Of a stretch of 64,000 nt of DNA, positions 1 to 12,296 are shown one piece after another (position 1 is the stretch's first letter; each line of letters starts with the position of its first letter). The notes under the pieces are model-generated. The model did not search any database. It was not told the DNA's origin and saw only the letters and a list, made by a program, of their open reading frames with translations. Source of the stretch: Moniliella sp. 'wahieum' (Eukaryota); NCBI GenBank assembly GCA_003971905.1, contig RSEE01000021.1, forward strand, positions 124,001 to 188,000, read 5' to 3'. Both the position numbers and the translations under genes were made by a program.

Positions 1-22
1 ACAGGAGAACAAGCCGCTCGCT

Positions 23-1671
23 TTGCCGGAGGAGCTTCCCTATATCGCTCGTACTCGGAACGCCCTGCGTCCCCAACAACCGCCCGCCCCTTCTTCTCCT
101 TGGCTCCGACTACGGCAGCGGCTTGGCTCCTTTTCAGGTTCGGCCTATACCGCTGAACCAGAACAAGAGCCCGAATCCACCAGTTACGCTGGCGCTGGGT
201 GGTGCCGGCAGCGTCTAGACTCCAATGCAAGCACTTATACTGGTTCCGGGTGGGGTCGAAACCGAATGAATTCCAACGCAAGCACCTATGCTGGATCCGG
301 GTGGGGTCGACACCGACTGGATTCCAACGCAAGCACCCCTAAGCTGGATCCGGATGGCTTCGTCAGCGGTTAGGATCAACAACGGGAAGCGAGCGGGGCT
401 ACGCAAGGGAAGGGTGGAGTACACCTCCGCCAGCGCAACGCCGTGCCATTTCCGAAGTATCTCACCCTCTCCCGCAAACACCCGGCGGAGGCACGCGCTC
501 CCCAACTAGCTCCTCCGGCTTTGGTCGACACTCGTCACGTCAAGCCACCCTCCCCCTCTCAGGGGCGCCGGGGTTTAATCCGTTGCGGCAGGATCGGATG
601 TTTGGCGGTACAGCTGCCATCGGATGGTCTGCAGAGGAGCTGGCTCGAGCGGGTGAGCGCAAACGCGGGATCCCGGTCAAACTGGTCGGCCGTACTTCCG
701 ATGAGGATGCTGCGTCGAGCAGCTCGTCCCAGCCTGCCTCGAATGGCGCCGTGAGCCCCTGGCTGGCATCTCATCTGCAGTCCCACTTGCCTGCCCGTCT
801 TCGTTCGGGAGATGAGTGGGAGCTGGTGTACAGCTTAGAACAACATGGGGTCAGCCTCAAAACGCTTTACGCACTAACAGCGCAGTTTTTCAGTCCGTTG
901 AATGACCCTGACACGTCAGAACGCACCCAAGGACCATTTGCGCTGCTAGAACAAGAGTTGGACGCCCGTACCGCAACTACCAAGCCCCCGATTGCTTCCC
1001 CCTACCGATCTCCTACCTATCCCTACCACCGTCGTCCCTCCACCTCTAGCTCTTTGCGCAAGTCAAGTGCTCCAGATCCGATCCGCCTCGGTGCTACTTA
1101 CCGCACTGGCCCAGCCAGCCTCCCCCCGCACCCACCCTTTCCCCTTCACCCCGTCGTCGTCCTCACCACCTCGGTGCGACCCTGAGCCACCGGGATGCCG
1201 GCCTCGTCCTTGCTGTACGTGACACGGAGAACCACGTGTTTGGTGCGTTCGTACATTCCCACCTTCGCATCCAATCCAAATACTATGGATCGGGATCGAG
1301 CTTCCTATGGAAAGTGGCGCCCAAAGCTAAGGCCGAGTCAGACTTGGGTTCTGATGAGTCGGAGGAAGAAGAAAGATGCGGAAGGCACCCTGTTCGTTTA
1401 CCCTTGGACGGCCAAAAATGATTTTATCGTCTTGTCTGAAGCCCACTTTCTCAGTATGGGCTTTGGCGCACCACCGGGCAGCCAAGGCGGGTATGGCCTG
1501 TGGCTTGACGAGGAGTTCAAGCGCGGTTCGTCTGCTCGGTGCGCCACGTTTGATAACGACGTACTTTGTTCCTCTCGCGTACCCACTTTGCCCTCCCAGC
1601 CAGGCGGGAAAGAGGAGGAGTATTTCGAGTGCTTGCAAGTTGAGCTCTGGGCCGTGGGGCTCACATCTTGA
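23..1671 (+). CDS. OXR1: Oxidation resistance protein Oxr1-like TLDc domain protein (5' end probably upstream of window; apparent frameshifts)
   Basis: TLDc motifs spread over several frames: WELVYSLEQHGVSLKTLY; FGAF..YYGSGSSFLWK; VYPWTAKNDF..FLSMG..GGYGLWLDEEFKRGSSARCATFDNDVLC; FECLQVELWAVG, stop at 1671. Confidence 0.85.
176..340 (+). repeat. 51-bp (17-aa) coding tandem repeat, 3 copies
   Basis: STSYAGAGWCRQRLDSNA / STYTGSGWGRNRMNSNA / STYAGSGWGRHRLDSNA in ORF 23..373. Confidence 0.85.
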
Positions 1672-2228
1672 TCGAGTACTCCCCCTTGTTCTCGTTCACC
1701 CCGGTTCATTTTCACTTTCACATACTCATCAGCCTCTTCATCATGCCCAGACCTACCTGCTATTCTCTCAACTTTGTGTACAGCCAACCCTGCAGCATTT
1801 TTCTTGGGCAGTCTCTGGGCCGGGAGAGAGGAATACTTTTGATCTTGTCCCCCCTTTATCGATCTTGGCACTTGGCTTCTTTCCACCACACATGACGGAT
1901 ACCAGGCCCCACGGGTCCCTTTTGTGGCACAAATGCCATCATGTCCTGGCACACACCTCTGTCACTGGCCAGTGAGCGAAGAACCTACTAGGCTACCCTG
2001 GATGCAGCACATCCCCAAAAGGGCACCCGTGGGATCACCCCAGGCCGGTAGGCATTTCCTCCAACATTGTATATTGTCTTCTTCTCTGTTGCTGGACCAC
2101 CCCTGGCTGTAGCGTCCGATGGTGGCCGACAAAGACAGACGGAAGACAGAAGAAGTCATCACAGGCACATCACTCTATGCATCACGCGTCATGCACGCGT
2201 CATGTGTCACGGGTGACCACGTCTTATC

Positions 2229-2312
2229 AAAACCCTAATGCTTTTCCTGTCCCCGCCCCCGTTAAAAAATGCTGCGGCAAGTTGGACAGTGCAGCCGTGC
2301 AATTAACCCTAG
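2229..2312 (+). promoter_or_regulatory. Telo-box/Tbf1-type motifs upstream of RPS3
   Basis: AAAACCCTAA at 2229-2238 and TAACCCTAG at 2304-2312, about 80-160 bp before the RPS3 ATG. Confidence 0.45.
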
Positions 2313-2388
2313 CACTCCCACTGCTGCTGCTGCTCTTCCTTGTCTGTCCGCTGGCCGCAACGGTCTGTTCCTCACCACCACCAGCAAG

Positions 2389-3199
2389 ATGCCTAACGTT
2401 GTCGGCTCCAAGGCGCGCAAGGTTCGTATTTTCCAGCGCGTTCACCCGTTATGCCTACTAACGTTTCCTCCACCTCTTCCAGTTTGTCGCAGACGGTGTT
2501 TTCGCCGCTGAGCTCAACGAGTTCTTCACCCGTGAGCTGTCGGAGGAGGGCTACTCGGGTTGCGAGATCCGCGTGACCCAGGCCACGACCGAGATCATTA
2601 TCCGTGCTACCCACACCCAGCTTGTGCTCGGTGAGCGTGGCCGCCGCATTCGTGAGCTGACGGCGCTCGTGCAGAAGCGCTTCCGCTTCCCCGACAACTC
2701 GCTCGAGCTGTACGCTGAGAAGATTGAGAACCGTGGCTTGCACGCGACGGCGCAGTGCGAGTCGCTGCGCTTCAAGCTGCTCGGTGGCCTGGCCGTGCGC
2801 CGTGCTGCGTACGGTGTGCTGCGCTACGTCATGGAGTCGGGCGCCAAGGGCTGCGAGGTTCGTCTCGGGCAAGCTGCGTGCCGCCCGTGCCAAGGCGATG
2901 AAGTTCACTGACGGCTTCATGATCCACACGGGCCAGCCGCACAAGGACTACGTTGACATTGCTGTCCGCCACGTGCTGATGAAGCAGGGTGTGCTCGGTA
3001 TCAAGGTCAAGATCATGCACGCCTGGGACCCACCGGCCGTGCTGGCAAGCCTTTCCCTCTGCCTGACGCTGTCACCATCCTCGAGCCCAAGGCTGAGCGC
3101 GAGGTTACCCAGCCCACCTCGGAGTCCTTCCTCACGCCCCCGGCCGCGGCCATTGCCCCCGAGGCTGCCCCTGCTGAGGCGGCGCCCGTTGAGGCTTAA
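2389..3199 (+). CDS. RPS3: 40S ribosomal protein S3 (uS3); intron 2422-2482
   Basis: [11 protein letters not shown] | GTTCGT..TACTAAC..CCAG | [46 protein letters not shown], shift near 2860, [34 protein letters not shown]; second shift near 3030; TAA at 3199. Confidence 0.97.
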
Positions 3200-3372
3200 A
3201 CTGGGTTGGGATTTCTCAAAAAAGTTCCTTTCGAACGTGTCAGTATTGTGCTGTGTCAAATGCACTTCCTGCCTTGGGCTGCCCAAGCACGCCCCCCTCT
3301 CTTTCTTTTGGTTTTACACAGTATCCATAGGTTGTTAGTTGATAAGCTTCAACTCAAGTCTCGTCGCGGGGT

Positions 3373-3950
3373 TTACTGCTGATTGATTTTGTCCTCCAAC
3401 CTGGCCTGCCGCGCTTCGGGATCCTCTTCGTCGGCATAGTACCTTGCCAGGCGTCTGTCAGCACCCCCCTCCGTGACCAAACAAAACAACAGAAGTAAAC
3501 AACGTACTGACGGCGCAACCAGCGGTACCGCTTGAGGAAATAAAGTGTCTCGACCTCTTACGGTGTGTCCAATCGGTTCGTCAGTACTGAGCTCAGACTC
3601 AAGTCATTTCTCCTTTCCCTTTCCTTTCCCGTATTCTCCACGTACCTTTTCGAATGTGCTCGCCCAGGGCTAGCATCTTTTCAATTTCCTCCGTATTGGT
3701 CAGATGCGCATTCTTCGCCGACACAGCGCGGAGTTTAGCGTGGAAGTGGAAGCTTGGATCTGGGTACTCGCGGCCAAGGCGGTGGAGCTGCAGAGAAACG
3801 AGCAGGCCCAACAGGAAGAGCCGAGATCAGCCATCGAATCAAAGAACAGGATCAGCATGGCACCTGGGCCATTGCGCGCACAGTCAAGATGCGCACCTCT
3901 TTGTACAGCCCAATCGCACGTGCGCGCAGCGGGTGGCCGATGGGGGGCAT
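3373..3950 (-). CDS. LYR-motif protein, LYRM5/ETFRF1-like (4 exons)
   Basis: Spliced reading: MPPIGHPLRARAIGLYKE | LHRLGREYPDPSFHFHAKLR..EEIEKMLALGEHIRKE | VETLYFLKRYRWLRRQ | YYADEEDPEARQARLEDKINQQ*. Donors GTGCGC and GTACGT with CTGAC branch sites. Confidence 0.85.
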
Positions 3951-6169
3951 CCTTAGGTTGGGACCGTCGTTGTTGTGAGTGGGGAGTGTGGTGTTGTTGG
4001 AGGAATGCGTCGCCGAGGACTCTCCCGTCTGGGCAACGAGTGGCGGGCTGAGGCGGGGCCGGCAAGGGAGTTTGCCTGGAGCCGGTGCTAGCAAGTTCAA
4101 TATTCGTGCAATCTTTCAAATGATGGAATGCTTTGGGGGCATTCGCTCTGTGCAGGAAAGGCACAGTTGAACTGAAGTCACGTGCCTCTACATTTTTCTC
4201 CCCGCGTTCTACCAGGTCTCTCGGCGAGCGCTATAAACACACCATCATACCACCGCCTCAACTCCCCCACCCGTAGACCCCAAGGCTTACCGATGGAGGG
4301 GAAGCACCCGGACATGGATCCACGCGAAAGCACTTCCACATCCTCGTGCTCATCAATCACCGCCAACGTCAATGCTTTCCCCCTCTCTGGACTGGGCGGT
4401 TGAGCTACGCGTCCAACGTGATTCGGTTCTGGTTCCGCTCTTGAGCGTTTCGCCAACGGGCACGGCACTGCCGTCTACGTCTCGTCCGACCTGCGCTATG
4501 CTTCCGTAACTGGGCAGATCCATACTCATTGTCTCTTTGATCTCTGCCGATACTACGGCCTGTGGTAACCTTAGTCGAATTGCCCATGCCGCTCGCGGCT
4601 AGGGGAATGTGAGGGCAACCACACTGGATCTGTGCGACTGATCGTATGCACTGGCGATGCAACTGCGCGTCTCAACGCGCCCCGTCACTAACTAGTCACT
4701 GGTGGGCTCATATCCATGACACCACTCACCTACTCGCTGTATATCGTCCGTGGTGGGTCGGGCATTATCGCTCAGCATGCCCTATCCGAAACGCTTGCCC
4801 TGGGATCGATTCGATCTCCGCCCTAAGCCCCGGTACGGTTGAGGTATGAGGTAACCATCACCGTCATCCCTCGTTTTAAGGCCAGTCAAATGGATCCGAG
4901 CACTGTCTCCCAGCGAAACAGTCTGCGCACATTGCTTGAAATGACTCTTCCAGACGAGCTGGACCAGGAATTGGCGATACTTGAATTACCCTGCGTTCCC
5001 CAAGGATTGGCCCATTCGCGCCGTTTTCGTTCTTGTCTGCCCGAGCAGGATGTATTGACGACGGAACGAGTTCAAGCTTCTTCTCTCAACGGCATAACTG
5101 GCAACGATGGCTTAGTTACCCATCAGCGGAGGTGACCCTTTTGCCAGCGCAGCCCTTGCCCGGGCGACGGAACGCTACTACTCTGATACTGGAGTTTATG
5201 CATGATTGAGGGAGCTCGGGCCAACGGGGAACTAACCCGTATGTGCAGGAGACTGCGGAGTGATCTCATCTCCATGAGTGCATGTGGGTGTTGCTAGGTG
5301 AACCCATTGGCTAAGGCCAACCCGAAGTGTATCGTATTCCGCTGTCGTCCGTGTTTTGGTTGTGCGCTCCTGGATCTCCATCGTTTGTGCCATTCGCGTT
5401 TCGCCAAGTGGAGGATTTGCGTGACTGGCTGCGTGGGCGATGGCAAACTACGCGTTATGAGCGCAGCGGATGGAGGGTTCTGAGGAGGGGCTGCACTGCT
5501 TTGGCTTGCTTGCCCCGCCGGAATGGCGGATGGCCATGTGGTGTGACGGATGAGGGAGGCCGATGAGCGCGGGTGAGCAAGCCCAGGGCGCTGAGGATGG
5601 GATGAGTGCCGGACAGTCCAAATGCGATTAATGCGATTCCCGCGCTGCTGGGCCGACATGCTGCAGCACAGCGGCGCAGTGCGTTTGCCCCACCGGGCGC
5701 ATGTATCCACAGCTGCACCTTGTCTGGTCCAAACAGCCGCCCCTCCGTCCGCGCCCAAATCCTTCCCACTCGCCCGGCGCACCCACTCCCGCCCCTCCCC
5801 CACCACCGCCACCGCCACAGCCCCCGCCCCCGCCACCCGGCCTGCTCTCGTCTTTGCCATCCGCTCCTCTTGCACTCGCGCTCCACGCCGCCTCGTTATA
5901 ATCCACCCCATCTTTGCTCCCGTGCCGCTTTCCTCGGTCGCTGGCTCTCTGCTGCGCTGTAGCCCCAGCAGCTCCCATTGCATGAACCTACCCCACCCCT
6001 ACACTCTCTCCATCCCCACCCCTCCTTTGTCCCCACTGCCTCCTCGCCGCTTTTGGCCCAGCTTCGCTCTGTATTCTCTGTAGCGCCCACCACCCTTCTG
6101 CCAGATATCCCTCCTCCCCGTATACCCCTCTCTTCCCCAAGTATAATCGGACTTGAAAGCCATACCAGC

Positions 6170-7296
6170 ATGTCCGTCGCGCCCATCACCCTTACCTGCC
6201 CCCCTTCTCCCTCGCATTCAGCGAACTCATCCCACTCCCCACTTAATGCAGACGCCACTCCTCCCTCCCTCTCCACCAGCCAAACCCCATCCACCATGCT
6301 CAGCTCGCCTCTTTCTCCCCTTCATTCGCCCCTCGAGGATCCCGCTTCCACGGCGCTCGTCGAGGCTTTGCTCCACGACCACAGCAGTCTGCCCCAGCAG
6401 CCCATTGGCTCCCTCCCACTTGCACACTTTCCTTCCTGCCGCTCCTCCAGCTCAGCCGAACATGCTGTCTCGCTTCCTGGATCAGGCTCTCCAACCAGCT
6501 GGATTACCCCCGTCTCCCCCACTTCTCATCCGCTTGTCTGTCCAACAGCCGTACCAGCCCCAGACCATAGCATGCAGCCTACTGCTTTGATGGACCCCTC
6601 CTTCTCTCAAACCGAGTTGGGTCTCCTGACCTCCCAACCCACTGGATCCGTGGAGTGGGTGCATGACCTAGACCAGTATTCCATTCTTCCCTCCTTTTTC
6701 AGCCAAGGCGAAATAACTATTCCTCCCTTGCCCACTCCCACCGAATGTCCCCATCGCTTCCAGCTTTCAAACACCTACCTCGAGTCGGACGCCGCATCAC
6801 CTGCCTTGCTCTCTTATCCTCTCTCCAACGTATCTTCCTTGGTAAAGAGCGAGCATCCGTCGTTCTCTCCCACCACCGTGCGAGTTCCTCTCTTCTCAAC
6901 GCCAACGCAACCCAAAAACACCGTCGTCTCGCGTCGAGCCCGCCCCGTCGCTCTTCCCGACGGTCGTATTGCAAGTATTATGCACCTCCCATTGTGGTGA
7001 GCAGCTTGGACAAGCTGCACGTTTGCTCGTGCGGCCGGCGTTTTGGACGGAAGGAACATCTGCTTCGTCACAATAAGATTCACACGGGGGAAAAGCCCCA
7101 TGTATGCACCCATCCCGGCTGCACCAAGACATTTTCCCGCTCCGACAACCTCAAGCAGCATGCTGCCACGCATTTTCGCCAAGACATCCACCCCCATCCA
7201 CCTTGGCCCAAGAGGAGCTTTCCAGTCTCTGCACTCCCCCGGAGGAGCCCCACCTTCCCTCCGATTCTCAGCAGCCGCAATAACCTGCCTCTCTAG
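6170..7296 (+). CDS. C2H2 zinc-finger transcription factor (two fingers; Ser/Pro-rich N-terminus; frameshift near 6960-7000)
   Basis: [52 protein letters not shown]. Start codon uncertain. Confidence 0.85.
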
Positions 7297-8534
7297 TCTG
7301 TTGCTTTCTTCGCTCCTACACGCCCTTATCACCTTTGTGCTCCTATCCTAGCCTTTTTTTCTTTTAACCTCGCGGTATTGCCTCCTCCCACACCAAGCTG
7401 GATCGCTTTGGAACAAAACATGATTCACCTCCTTTTGCCCTGAGTATACACGAGGCACAAAAATATAACTCCACCATATGCTTTTTATTCGCTACCTCTC
7501 CCCCCCCGGCCACTTCACTCCACACATACGTTTCGTTATACGCCGCCACCACTGTATCGTTCCCGCGCTTTTGTTTCTCAGAGCCCTGCCACGTTTCTTT
7601 CGCATTGCCACCTTCCTTCGTATTCGATTCTGATCCCTTTCCCGCCCATGCCATCCTTAGTTGTGCTGTGATCCGTGTTCGTCGGTCGTTCCTGATGCAC
7701 GTCACAGCTCTCTCGATCCACCGTTCTCTTCGTCTGAAGCGCCCCTTCTCCGAGACCATAGCCTCCCATGAAGCATCCTTGCCCGTCTTTCCATTTGCTG
7801 CCGTACCTTTTGTAGCATCCCATAGCCCACAGCACACCCTACATGCATACGATTAAGCGGGTAATCGCGTCCCTGCATATGGATGGGGGACCCGCTGACT
7901 CTGAAGTACAGCGGATCCGACCAGCATATCTTGTTCTTCCCATCCTCTCCAAGTCTGGCCCGAGTGCCAACCCGGAAAAGGCAAAAACGAGAGGCACGAC
8001 AGAGAAGAGAGCGCGATTGACTGAGGTGGTGGACAATATGGGCGCGCTTAATGCCATTACCGCATAACGAATGGGTCTTGGTGGCCATGATTAGTCTAGC
8101 AACGTACAGGATTTGTCTAGGTCAAGCTATCATTTCCACGTCACAACAGGTCCTCTATCTTCGTGCGCAAGCGCGTGCTGCTCTCGCTGCATGGGAGATT
8201 ACATTTATCGCAAGGCCACAGCTATCTGTATGGACCATACGGCATTGGAACAGGGGAAAAATCGTACTGGTAGTGGGTGTACACATGCATGCCACAGGCC
8301 AGCAGACAGTCATCCATATCAAGGGCCGACCCCCCATCCGGGCAACGTATGTACAACCACAATCAAAAAGACACTAGACTTGCAGCCAGGCAAGGCTAAA
8401 GTTCAGGTATCAGGCCAGCTGACAAACCCAAAACTAACACGGGGAGAGGGGGGGGGGGGGGGTGACTTGCACCGTGGGAACGTGAAGAGAGAAAAGGGGG
8501 AGGCGAAGCGGTTACTATCCACTTCACTTTTCCG

Positions 8535-9879
8535 TCACAGACGGAGAGTGAGTAGTGAAGGCTGACGCTTTAAGCCGCTAGCGCCACGACGACGGAGGGA
8601 GCGGGCGTGGCGCCGGATCCCCTTGACGGCCCGAATCATGCTGCGCTTGGAGGCAGAGAACTTGGAAATGACCGACAAGTACCCACTGCCCGTCGGGGTC
8701 AGCGACGCCACGTGCGCCCGTGTAAGCCGTAGTAAGGTAAGAGTTGGGCCCGTTGTAGGCATCCGACAACGCGTACCCAATCACACGGTCGTCCGACTCG
8801 AAGATCTGGGCGGCCTGCTGGATGAAGGAACTGGTACGGCCCTGGTCACAGTACCTGGCGGTGGGACGAAAGGAGGGGAGTTAGCAAACGGGGGGGGTGG
8901 GGGCGGGGGTTGGCGGAAGGTAGGGGGAGACGTACTTGGTTTGCGAGTCTTGGTAGTCAATGCAAGCAAACTCGGTGATCATCATGGGCTTGCCATACTG
9001 GGCAAAGTGGTTGAGGTCGTTGTTGACGAGGTCGGTGTTGTTGGCAAAAACATGGACCGCGATAATGTCAGGCTGGGTCTGAACCGCAGCCAAAAACGGC
9101 TTCATCCACGTCTCATCCGCCTGCTTGGCGCAAGAGGGAGAGATGAGTTTGGCGCCGGCGTGACCGTGCGGGGCAATGTACGTGTCCCATGCAGCAGCGG
9201 CCGCTTTGGGGTCAATCAATCCACTTGAACCAGAGCCGGAAAAGTCAGGTTCGTTGAAGCCAGCAACGTACTTGGCCGCCGGCTTGGGAAGCTGCTTGAA
9301 CTGCTCAAACCGCGGCTCGTCCTTGGGGTCGCTCGTCTTGCCCAGCCCCCAGAGCATGGGAATGCGCTGCAAATTGGCGGCGTGGTGTTGTTGGGCGTGG
9401 GCGACCAGTCGTAGTACCAGCCCAGATGAGACGCGAGCCAGGGCAGTGCATCCCGCCGGCAACACCGGCTTTGACACCATTGGGGATCAGGCCGTTGGAC
9501 GAGGATCCTCCTCCCGATGAACCAGACGAAGAAGCGGGCGATGAGGAAGCGGAAGCTGAAGACGAAGAGGCCGGAGCCGATGAGTGGGCAATGAAGGACT
9601 TGTGTGTCGGGGCTGCCGACGGCGCAGACGACTGGGATGAGGAGGATGAAGAAGAAGGGGTCGAGGAGGACGCGTGGTGAGGATGGTGGGGCGGCGGGGC
9701 AGCGACGGAGCTAGACGTGGGACTGGACCAGGCAGACGACGAGCCAGTGGGGGCAGACGCAAGGGAGGACGTGGGGCGCTTGCACTGTCCGTTCCTCTTC
9801 TTGCGCGCGTCCACGTCGGCGGTGAGGACGAGGACGAGGAGGAGAAGGGTGAGGAGGGAAGCTTGGCGAGGGGGTTCAT
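8535..9879 (-). CDS. Secreted GH128 (Asl1-like) beta-1,3-glucanase with Ser-rich linker; intron 8935-8855
   Basis: Signal-like LTLLLLVLVLTA, Ser-rich linker, WYYDW, PMLWG, GFNEPD (acid/base), KPMMITEFAC (nucleophile); GTACGT..GCTAAC..CAG intron. Confidence 0.88.
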
Positions 9880-12296
9880 TGTGACAGCGAAGAGGCAAGG
9901 CGGGTGGCGGCGGTGGGGGAAAAGGAGGTGGAAGAGAGGGAAGGAACGCGAGGTAAAGACGGTCGGGGGAGAAAGAGCGGGAAGACCAGCTTCAGGCCTG
10001 AAAAGAGGGGGGAGGGAGCAGCAAGGGAAAGGAGCAAGGGAAAGGGGTGGTGGTGGGGCGCAGCGCCAACGCCAACGAGCTCCGTATTAAAAGGACGCAG
10101 GTGTGCCTGGCTCGTCGCTTCCTCCTCGCTGCACTGCTCCACGGGGCAGCGCAAAAGGCAGGCAATCAGGCACTGGCACGCAGGCCCAGCAGCCGATGGG
10201 TGACGCATGACGCATGACGCATGCTTGGCTCTGCGTGTGCGAGGATGCGCTGTGATCGGCACCGGGGGGGTGGGGCGTGGCGGCAGTGTCGCGGGAGCAG
10301 ACCCTGCGCTCCATCGTGTTCTGGTGGTGCAGGGGCGGATGGGGGCGCAGGCCAGTGTGCGGTACACGGTGTGCCAGTGGGTGGCCCAGTGCTGGGGAGC
10401 TGCGAGCGCCGGGCTGCTCGGAGGCTGTGTGCGGGCGGAGCGGCTGCCTCGCCTCCTGCCCCAGACACGTCCCTGCCAAGCACACACTGCCCCCACCCAG
10501 GGCGGGCGATACACGCTATAATTACACGCGATCATCGAGTCGATCTTAGCTTGGCCTATACAACTTGGCTAACAATCTGAGCGCGGCACCCAGCCTTCCA
10601 CGAACATGCTGCACGCCGTCCGTCGGAACGAAACACCCAACACGGTCGAAGGATAGCCACCCACCCCTTTGGCAACCCCCACAGAGAGACGCGAGCCAGT
10701 CGAGATCATTATTCAATGTCCCATCAATATTCAATCCGTCCGTGCCGACAGCGCCATGGCATGCACCCTCTATATCACCCATCTGTCCTCCCATTCCTAC
10801 CCCCCGCTCCCCACCTACATCCCCCCCCGGGGGGCCACGGTGACACAAGCAGTGCACAGTGCTGCACATACCCGTGTGGGATCTATGTTATGTATTTTTT
10901 AGCTTTTGTGCGAGCACCATATATATGCCGATCATCGAGCCGAGCTTAATGATTAACTCGATTAACGTTCAAGTTGAACTCACAGCTCCGCGCGCATGAG
11001 CGCTCAGCCTGAGCGCTCACACAAGTCCCTCGCCACGTCTCTACGGTACATCAACAGAACACTACAACCTCTCTTTCTGCATCCCTTTGAAAACACCAAG
11101 CGCCGCAGCCCTGGTACGCGTAATGGCAAGCGGCAAAACCCACAATGCTCCTGAAGCTTCAGCCTGTGAAGACTCGAGCTGAGTGCTGAGTCTGAGTTCA
11201 GCCCGCTCCGGAATTGATTTGTTTTAGCTCTGCTGGACTCTGCGAAAAGACCCAAAAGCAAGGGAACTTCTTTCTGACCACGTAGTCTCATCTCGATCCC
11301 ATCCTTCTGGTCTTCTCCTCTTCTTTTACCCATTTTCTGTCACGCCCTTCTCACACAAACGTCTCTTACGTGCCGATCATGTCCAACAGCCTGCACCCAG
11401 GGGCTCTATATAGAAAAGAACACGCCCGGATCACGCTCTCGAACGTCAAAAGCAGTATTTCTTCATCGACACTGGGAGCTCTGAACTCTAAACACTCACC
11501 CGTGGCCAAAAAGTCCGACAACAGGGAAAGAGCTCAAGTTGAGCGGTGAGCTTTGCGAGGAAGAGTGTATGAGAGAGCGCAGTTCAAGGAGCGCAGTCGC
11601 TCGTCACTCACTACAGTGGGGTGTGCACGGACGTGTTCGACACAAGGAAAGGCCGACGATCTCGGTCTATAAGGTTATCAGGGACACAGAGACTACCCAG
11701 GGGTTACCGGTTACCGGTTATTACCGTGGATGGATAAGAGGTTTGGTAACCAACAGAGGTGGATGAGGCCGCCCGAGGCGACCCCAGCTCATTCCAGCCA
11801 CTGTGTCCTGCCTGTGGTACTAAGCTGATTTTGTTTTCATGAAAAAAACATGCATTGTCAGCCGGGGAGCGCTGGGGCGAGCAGGCCCGCGAGGCGGCGA
11901 GGGGGGACGGGTCCGCTGCGCCTCTGTGCAGGACTCAGGTGCACAGCGCAAGCCAACCAACTAACGATGAGAGAAGGCGGTGTATGTCAGAAGGGCAGAG
12001 AGATATGGGCCGGAACAGCGAGGCCCGAGCGAAGGAGAGAGGTATGATGAACGGAGAGGGTATATAAATGTAAACCACGGGGAAACAACGAAGGAGGCAT
12101 TTTTGTCAAGTTGAGAAAAGCAGTGGCGGAGAAATGAGACGAGTAAAGTGGCAAAAGGGATGGGCAGACGAGGTATAAACAAAAAGCTCTCAACTCGACA
12201 CGATATGCAGGGGCAAGAAAGGGCAACCAAAGTCACCGCACCGTCGGGCTCTTACGCTCGAACTGCGTCAGTAACGGGAGTAAGCGAAGCCGAGGA

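Noticed and set aside
2389..3199. RPS3 as a pseudogene or programmed frameshift
   Set aside because: Intact intron signals, strong codon bias and similar indels in most genes favour sequencing error.
4178..5290. Short ORFs between the LYR and C2H2 genes as a gene
   Set aside because: Fragmented, with no recognisable domain or convincing splice structure; possibly a decayed gene but unsupported.
5982..6083. uORF upstream of the C2H2 factor
   Set aside because: It could equally be the true start displaced by an indel; not resolvable in this assembly.
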